A stretch of 59,502 nucleotides of DNA, the filler included, from Dugesia japonica (Eukaryota), in NCBI GenBank assembly GCA_001938525.1. It is 5 parts of 5 records of this genome, joined end to end, with 100 filler letters (N's around TTAATTAATTAA, not from the genome) between each part and the next. Parts side by side here need not be neighbours in the genome. Positions count along the whole stretch, not along the records: positions 47,900 to 59,502 come from MQRL01587866.1; 4 more parts are not named here. One strand, 5' to 3'. Below are positions 52,245 to 59,502 of this stretch, one piece after another. Position numbers and translations under genes: made by a program. The notes beneath the pieces are model-generated. The model was given only the letters and a program-made list of their open reading frames with translations. It was not told the origin of the DNA and ran no database searches. Positions within the stretch are counted from its first letter, which is position 1. Each line of letters starts with the position of its first letter.

Positions 52245-52850
52245 TTCCCTCAAACTTTATTTGTTTTTGATAGTATTTTGAATTTTTCGTCTTTGCCTTC
52301 GTGAGGAATTGACTTTGATTTATTCAATATTTATTTTTACAATAGTAATTTATTTTTGAATTAATTTATTTTACTGAATTTTAATTGGTTAATTTTAACT
52401 CTTTGTAATTTTAATTATTTGATTATTATAAATTACATTGATTTTATGATTATTTTCATTAATTAGTAATTCTTCATGTTTTTTCCTGTGAAGTTTGGAA
52501 ATGTAACCTGTTAGTAGTGTTTTCCATGTTATATAATGTTGTTCTGGTGAAATTTTATGTTTGTGTTGAAAGTGTTAGAAGACTTCACTTTCTTTTTGTT
52601 TGAGATGCTGCTTAATTCTTGTTCGGATGGTTCTGCATGTTTCACCTATATATGTTTCTTGACAAATTGTGCATGTTATTTTATAAGTGACATTTTTCTT
52701 ATTGTATATATTTCTACCATCCCAAATGCATTTGGGACCACAAAAGGTTTGTCTTGGTTTTTGTAATTGGATTCTCAAAGATGCTTGCGTTTTAAATATA
52801 ATAATTGGATTGTGCTTCAGTTTAGATATTTATTATTATATTTTGCAAAA
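52245..52850 (-). mobile_element. Penelope-like retroelement 3' fragment: GIY-YIG endonuclease and downstream terminal motif
   Basis: KNVTYKITCTICQETYIGETCRTIRTRIKQH; downstream 52255-52320 matches the fold-back repeat family. Confidence 0.85.
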
Positions 52851-52923
52851 GGTAATTTGGCATTAAATATTAAATTAATTCATTTGGAAATGAACCAATA
52901 TGAGTTTTTCCAGATGATTAATA

Positions 52924-52960
52924 AATATTGGGTTGAGTAAAAAGTCTCTTCATATTGAAT
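52924..52960. mobile_element. Solo mariner-like TIR
   Basis: TA-TTGGGTTGAGTAAAAAGT, similar to 55318 TTAGGTTGAGGGAAAAGT. Confidence 0.4.
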
Positions 52961-54685
52961 CAAATAAGCAAAATATTGAAAGTTTAATTCATTTAAAACA
53001 TGAGAAATATACATTTATTTTAATATTAGCGCGCCCATTGTAAGTACCTTATTCTTTAAAAAAATTATTCATATGAGTAGAAATTAAAGGAAAAACATGG
53101 AAGAAAAGAAACAATATTTTCGTTGTTTGATGTTGTTTTATTTCCGTAAAGGAAAAATCGAAGACAACATGACTACTCTCTTATATCTAATTTGAATGAG
53201 AAGTTTTGAAAAATCGGTATATTTTATGTTTTAAACGACTAGAAAATTATAACCACTGAAATAACTTTCAGTGGTTTAAGTAAAATGGGTAACATATTTC
53301 ATTAAACATGACAAGTGAGAAGATTTTGCAGTATAATTAATTACTTATTCTATGGTTAAAAAATCAAAATCCTATGTCATATATAGAAAACACTAAAATT
53401 GTGCAAAATATTAAAACAGTTTTAATTCGAAATAGTTTTTAGTTTTGATAAAATAACTTTCATTTGACATTTGAATTAAAACTTTTTTTTGAAACAGGTT
53501 CCAAGTTATGATATTATCTAAACTTTAAGAAATGTTTTTTGGTTGAAATTTTCTATCAAATTAGTTTATATCTGGAATTAATTTTTAATCATACGACTAA
53601 GTTCATAAATTACAAATCTAGTTAATATTTAATTGGGAAACGAAAAAAATTATCTAATTATAAAATAATTAATTTAGAAAANNNNNNNNNNNNNNNNNNN
53701 NNNNNNNNNNNNNNNNNNNNNNNNNNNNNNNNNNNNNNNNNNNNNNNNNNNNNNNNNNNNNTTAAATTATCAATCACAAAATTATGTCGGTCCATTTTAT
53801 TGGATCAATTCTTAGCCAATAAGAATTGGTTTAATCAATTCATTATTTCATTATTATTTCAAAATATACTAGTAAATATACTAGACTAAGATTTTATTAT
53901 ATTAGAACTTTAAGCATAGAATTTTTATGTACTTTAGTTCACTTTTATATTTTTGTACTTCATAAAATAAAATTAAATTTATTTAACAATATTTTCCAAA
54001 TATTCCAAATGAATTATGAAATCACATTTTTTTACAATTCTTCATTACAATTTAGAAAAACTCTCAAAAATGCTAATACTGTCTCAATCGAAGACACTCT
54101 TGCAAATTACACACACCATTTCTCCGAATTCCTGTATTAAATCGATTTTTATTTTATATCTGAAATTCAGTTTTTGGAATATTATTGTTTTTCTACATGA
54201 TCTGATCGATGATTTTCTGACAATTTCTTCGAATATTTCCTTCTTCATTGTATCTTACATTTAGCATGGCCTTCATATCCACATATACAGCACATTAATT
54301 NNNNNNNNNNNNNNNNNTGATGTTCCTTCACTTGGTCTCATATTTTTGTTTTGATATTCTCTAAATTTCCTTTCACCTCTGACCACCTCTGCAAATGTTA
54401 GTTGCTTTATTGATGTAATTGTTTCTTCCATCATAATATTGTTCATATTTTTAATAATTTTTTCAATTTTTCCCGAATCGGTTATTTCTAACATTTTTAT
54501 TTCTTTCTGAATATCTTTGCCATTTTTATATATCAACATGTTCAAAAATGTTTATCGCTGTAGTCGATCCTTTTCGGTATTTTATAATTTCTTTAAGATC
54601 ATTAATATGTGAACTTGGTTTCTAAAATGCTTTTCTTAATATTTTTACAATTACAATTATGACGAGAATAATTGTTGGAAGTAAC

Positions 54686-54875
54686 CATTTATCGTTTTTT
54701 AGAATTGATTTAAAATAAAAGCTTCGATCAAAATTTGTTTGTTTGGTTTTTGATAATAATTCTATATTTCGACTTTGAATTCGCCAGGAAGTCAATATAT
54801 AGTCAAAATATAGAATTATTATCAAAAACCAAACAAACAAATTTTGATCGAAGCTTTTAATTTAAATGAATTCTT
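54686..54875 (-). mobile_element. Fold-back repeat (probable Penelope-like 3' end), copy with near-perfect ~65-bp arms
   Basis: 54710-54775 pairs with 54800-54865. Confidence 0.8.
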
Positions 54876-55317
54876 AATCCTTGTTGAAATTTGGTAACGC
54901 TAATTTTAACCACATCATAAATTAGAATTAATTTTCTATTGATCATTATTTTGATTACTAATCTTTTTATATTTTCCTCAATATTTCTGAAAATCTCCAG
55001 CAATCTCAAATAAACATTTCCAAATTCATTCTTCCATCATATAAATCTGACACAAGTCTGTTTATTAGAATCTGCGTAGTCACCGTGTTAACTTAAAACA
55101 CAAAATGATTTGCAGTATTTATTAAAAAAATGATATAAACACTGGCTGTCTTGTTACACGAAATATCTCTCTCTATCTTAACCTATGGCCTAATACAGGG
55201 GTGCACAACATACATATTTTTTATAGAAATACAATCCTATACAACTAATATTTCAAGGATTCACACATTCTCCTCCAAAATACTAGTTGCAAAATGACAA
55301 TTTAACAGTGCTATATA

Positions 55318-55835
55318 TTAGGTTGAGGGAAAAGTATGTCGCTTTTTCATATTAAAAATCAAAAGACGATAAACTAATCTAAATATGCACCATTGGCATC
55401 TACAACACTTTGCCAACGTTTTACGAGTTTGTTTATACCGTTTCTGAAAAAGTCCGGGTCACGGGAATCAATAAAAGAAGTGAAGCTATTTTGAACATCG
55501 TATTGATTATTGAACTGAATGCCTCGTATGAAATTGTCAAGTGACAGAAATAGATGAAAATCTGTAGGATAAATATCTGGGGAATAAGATGGGTGACGTA
55601 AAGTTTTGTAATTCAGTTCCTCCAATTTTTGTATATTTAATTTTCCAACGTGAGGCCGTGCGTTATCGTTCAAAAGCAAAGGACGGCTGCGATTCGTCAA
55701 TACTGGGTGTTTTTGCTTCAGTTTTTCATGACAAGATTCGAGTTGACGACATTATGATTCCGCTGTAATTGTTTCCCAGATCCCAAGAAATCATAATGAA
55801 TAATACCAACCATAGACCACCAAACGGTTATCATA
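55318..55835 (-). mobile_element. mariner transposon 3' half with TIR
   Basis: ITVWWS..GIIHYDFL, LLLNDNARPH, HPSYSPDIYPTDFHLF (DD34D), GI.KLV.RWQ.VV...GAY; TIR TTAGGTTG..AAAAGT after TA. Confidence 0.93.
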
Positions 55836-56109
55836 TAATATTTTTTTCGAAGTTATATAGTATAGAAATTTTTTGTATGCATGGCCCGCGACATTGGTTT
55901 AAACTGATTTAAAAGGAAAAATTTTGTGCATCACTGGCCTAATATAACAGGTTAGATCATAATATAATAAATTTCAATTTTGATGTTTAGATAACGGCAA
56001 TAATTTATATGAATTACCTGACACAAATTTAAATAAAAATATAAATATAAATAAATGCATGTTATTTAAATAATTCTAATTAATTATTTATTAAATTATA
56101 TCCCTAATA

Positions 56110-57687
56110 CACAGTAAAGTTGAGTCCTTATGAAATCCTATCTAATTCAACACTTCCTAATCTAACACTTCTCTCATCTAACGATTTTCATAAATTCTTG
56201 TGATATTTTTCTTTAAAATTTTTCTTCTTAATCAAAAATGTTATCGAAACTAATTAAAATTGAAGTCGTTTATTTAACTTTTAAAAATATTATTATTGCA
56301 TAATGCTACAGTAAATTGGAGAATACAGTTAATTAATTAATAATGCAGTTAATTTAATAATTTTTAATAAGAAATAATAATTCAATCAATAATACTAATG
56401 AAAAATATTCAGTTATGAGAATTGCACAAAACTAGTAATTTTACATTATGATTACAAAATGGAATGGATAATTTTTAATATATTAATCAATAATTTTTAA
56501 TATATTAATCAATAATTTTAACATATTAATCATCGATTTCTAGTAATAATAATAATCAATAATTTTTAATATATTAATCAATATTTTAATATTATTGATT
56601 GTTAACATACTAATCAATAATCTTTAATATACTAATCAATAATTTTTAATATAATAATGGATAACTTTTTATATATTAATCATTGATTTCTAGTATACTA
56701 ATCAATAATTTTTAATATATTTATGATTGACTGTTAATATACTAATCAATAATCTTTAATATATTAATCATTAATTTTTAATATAATCAATAACACTTCA
56801 CTGTTGAAGTTAAATGATAAATTTTTTAAGAATATTTTTCAATTGTTAAGAATAATTATTTCATTAAACAATCCTCAAAAACACCAAACTGTCTTATGAA
56901 TAAGTGCAACAAAAGCAATAGTTTGATCTAGAAACGATAAGAACTCAAACTATTATTTAATAAAACGACTTATATTTAATTATTTATTAAATTAAGTTAT
57001 TGATTTAATTATTAAAATATTTATTAATTATTATATTTAAATATTAATCTTCGTTTAAATCCAAAATGTCAATTTGTTGATTTAATGTTGGAAATCAAAA
57101 CGTTAATTACTGAGAGTACGAAAACAAATAAATCAAAAACAGTTGACTAAAAGACTTTAAATCCGAAGAACAACAGTTATTGAAATTATCCAATCAAAGG
57201 GTATAATTGAAGAAGCAATTATAGATGGAGTTGGGTCATGCTATATTGGAATAAATACAACATATCAGGAAGATCTCAAAAAGGCAATATTGATGTATTT
57301 TGGGCAGGTTAAAAACATGGCTATACATATCACTTGCTAAACGTTACAATAACTAGCTAAAGAAATACATATCCGTTACTGAATCAGAGCCTTTATTTAT
57401 TTCAAATTTGAAAGTTATCCAAGCTTCAAATAAGGCGAATCTTTATGTTAGAAAAATATGAAATCCTTAGAATAGTTGATAAATTTGAAGTTCATTTGAA
57501 TATTTTAAGAATCACTCAAACAAAGGAAACAAGTGAGTTTGTTTATGTAAAATATTAAAATAAAACAACAATAAAATCCATTTTTTTTAATTAATTACAT
57601 AAAAAAAATTTTTACATTTCAAAACTTTCTAATCCAATATGTAATTCTGATTTAAATGGGTGTCAAATTAGAGATGTTTCACTGTAT
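56110..57687 (+). mobile_element. pogo/Tigger-like DNA transposon remnant
   Basis: Right TIR GGGTGTCAAATTAGAGATGTTTCACTG-TA; degenerate left TIR near 56110-56160; CENP-B-type HTH remnant EDLKKAILMYFGQVKNMAIHIT..TLQ.LAKEI at ~57270-57370. Confidence 0.55.
56465..56792. repeat. ~22-bp minisatellite (AATATATTAATCAATAATTTTT)
   Basis: Roughly 14 tandem degenerate units. Confidence 0.85.
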
Positions 57688-58604
57688 ATAATCAACAAAT
57701 ATATGCACTAGTAGTTAAAAAACTTGCAACTTAAGAAAAGAGCCCCTAGGAAATTAGTCTTCCAATGTAGTGGGATAGGTTACATCTAGAATAGAAAATT
57801 ACGTAATCATTGTTCATAATGAGGTGTAACTCAAGTCGTGAAAACTTATATACAATACTCAAAGCGGTTTTACGTGTAAACAATCATACTGGACCTGTTT
57901 CTACATTTTTTTATATTATTAAATGAATTCAACATTTTATTTAATGAACTAAAAATTGAAAAGAAACTAAACAATGGAAACAAGTCTATTACAACTAAAA
58001 ATTAAACTCATACGATACATTATAAATAGTTTGTTTAAATTTTTCAATTATTAATAAATGGGATAATAATTTTTAACCAAATCTCGAAGAACAAAATAAA
58101 AACGTAACTAATAGCAACCTTGATTATTTTTTTTTATTATTTTTCATGCACTATACTCTGTTGAGTTAATAAGTTACAAAAAAAATTAAGCATAAATAGC
58201 TCTTGGTAGACTTGTTTAGTAAAATATTTATAATTAAATGTATCGGTTTATTAAATTGTATTGAGGATTTATTCTACTAACTTCCAATTGTTCCTTAATT
58301 CATAAAAATAATAAATATTTATAAATTATTTTATAGATTTCTTATCTTCAAGTTGCATTGATGAAATTTTTAAAATTGATTTTTTGCGATAACGTTCTGC
58401 TAATCATAGATATATTTGTTTTATTGACATTCTTGATCCTGATGATTATTCCATAACGCTATTTAAATATCACTCAAAAATCTTATAAAATTAAAATTAA
58501 TTTTCAAGTTAAAATAATTATCAAATCAAAATTAATCAACTAAAATTTATTTTAAAAATTTTTTCAAATACAAATCAAAAATTTTTATTAATTTATATTT
58601 TCAT

Positions 58605-58680
58605 GATATTTTAATGAATTCTAAAAAACGATCAATAGTTACGTCCAACAATTTTTCTCGCAATAATTGCAATTGTAAAA
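58605..58680 (+). mobile_element. Tail-only copy of the Penelope-like 3' end family
   Basis: TTTTAATGAATTCTAAAAAACGATCAAT...TTCTCGCAATAATTGCAATTGTAAAA. Confidence 0.75.
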
Positions 58681-59502
58681 TGCATTAATGAGTTTGTAAA
58701 TAATGTTAATTTTCAAACCAGTATACAAATATAGAAAATGATTAGAATTTACTGTGTTGTGCTCTCAGTTCTGACGAATCGGAAGAGTGAAGAATTGTGA
58801 ATTACTGATACGGGTTTCATTTAATTTCAGATAGAAAATTTAGAATAAATTAAAACTGCTTTGTCATTTTCATATTATTGTATATTATAATGCCCGGAAG
58901 GTAAAGTTTTATAGTTTATAATTTATATCAGGGTTATGCAAACTTTCTGGTGTTGCAACTTGCATTCAGCAAAGTAATTAGGTCACGGGCAGCATGAATC
59001 AGTTAACATTTCATTTTTCGTTGCAAACATGTTAATACAAATTACAAAATAATATTTTAAATTTTTAAAATCTAAATTACGTAATATAAAGCGTTACAGA
59101 CAAATTCAGACGTAGGAAACTACATACAGCTAACCATCATACAATACGATAGATACGTTCCCAGAAAACGCCACGCTGTAGCTCCATACAAAAACCGAGG
59201 TTCGGTTCTAAAAATGAAAAAAACANNNNNNNNNNNNNNNNNNNNNNNNNTTTATAATAAAAAATCGTTTAGTAACAAAAGTAAATAAAATTTATATACA
59301 TAATATAAAAATTTCACTTTAAAATAAAAATCAAATACGTTTCTAAATAAAAAAAATTACGACTAATGAAAAAATTATAAATAAAAATGTATAAAAAAAT
59401 ATTATAATTTATGGAGTATTTACCAAACTTTATCATAATAGGCTTTCGTACAAAAATAAATCGTATTGCAAGAAAATTAATCGCATATATATGTATTCTA
59501 AT

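Noticed and set aside
54622-54840. 72-aa two-TM-looking ORF
   Set aside because: Runs through the fold-back repeat; hydrophobicity follows from T-rich composition

Overview
This is very AT-rich eukaryotic (animal) genomic DNA; a planarian-like host is an inference from composition, (AAT)n microsatellites and the TE mix. It consists of five contigs joined by artificial 100-bp linkers (44N+TTAATTAATTAA+44N), so adjacency across the linkers is not trustworthy. Most of the window is decayed mobile DNA. Maverick/Polinton (adintovirus-like) remnants dominate: two different morphogenetic gene modules (262-4108 and ~29740-34254), two protein-primed PolB fragments, and at least six AGTAG.../...TACT termini or TIR blocks. 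Also present are a Helitron with both ends, two Ty3/Gypsy pol fragments, a non-LTR RT remnant, a Penelope GIY-YIG remnant with a dispersed family of fold-back 3' ends carrying degenerate minimal hammerhead motifs, and hAT, mariner and pogo remnants. Probable host coding sequence is limited to one ionotropic glutamate receptor exon (25204-25411) and an orphan 293-codon AT-hook ORF (7544-8425). The most unusual unit is 42271-44305: a Maverick-type terminus, a dense AP-1 site array, two zipper/coiled-coil ORF cassettes and a conserved structured 100-bp block that recurs inverted at 38382. All family calls come from manual translation and motif recognition; pseudogene boundaries are approximate.
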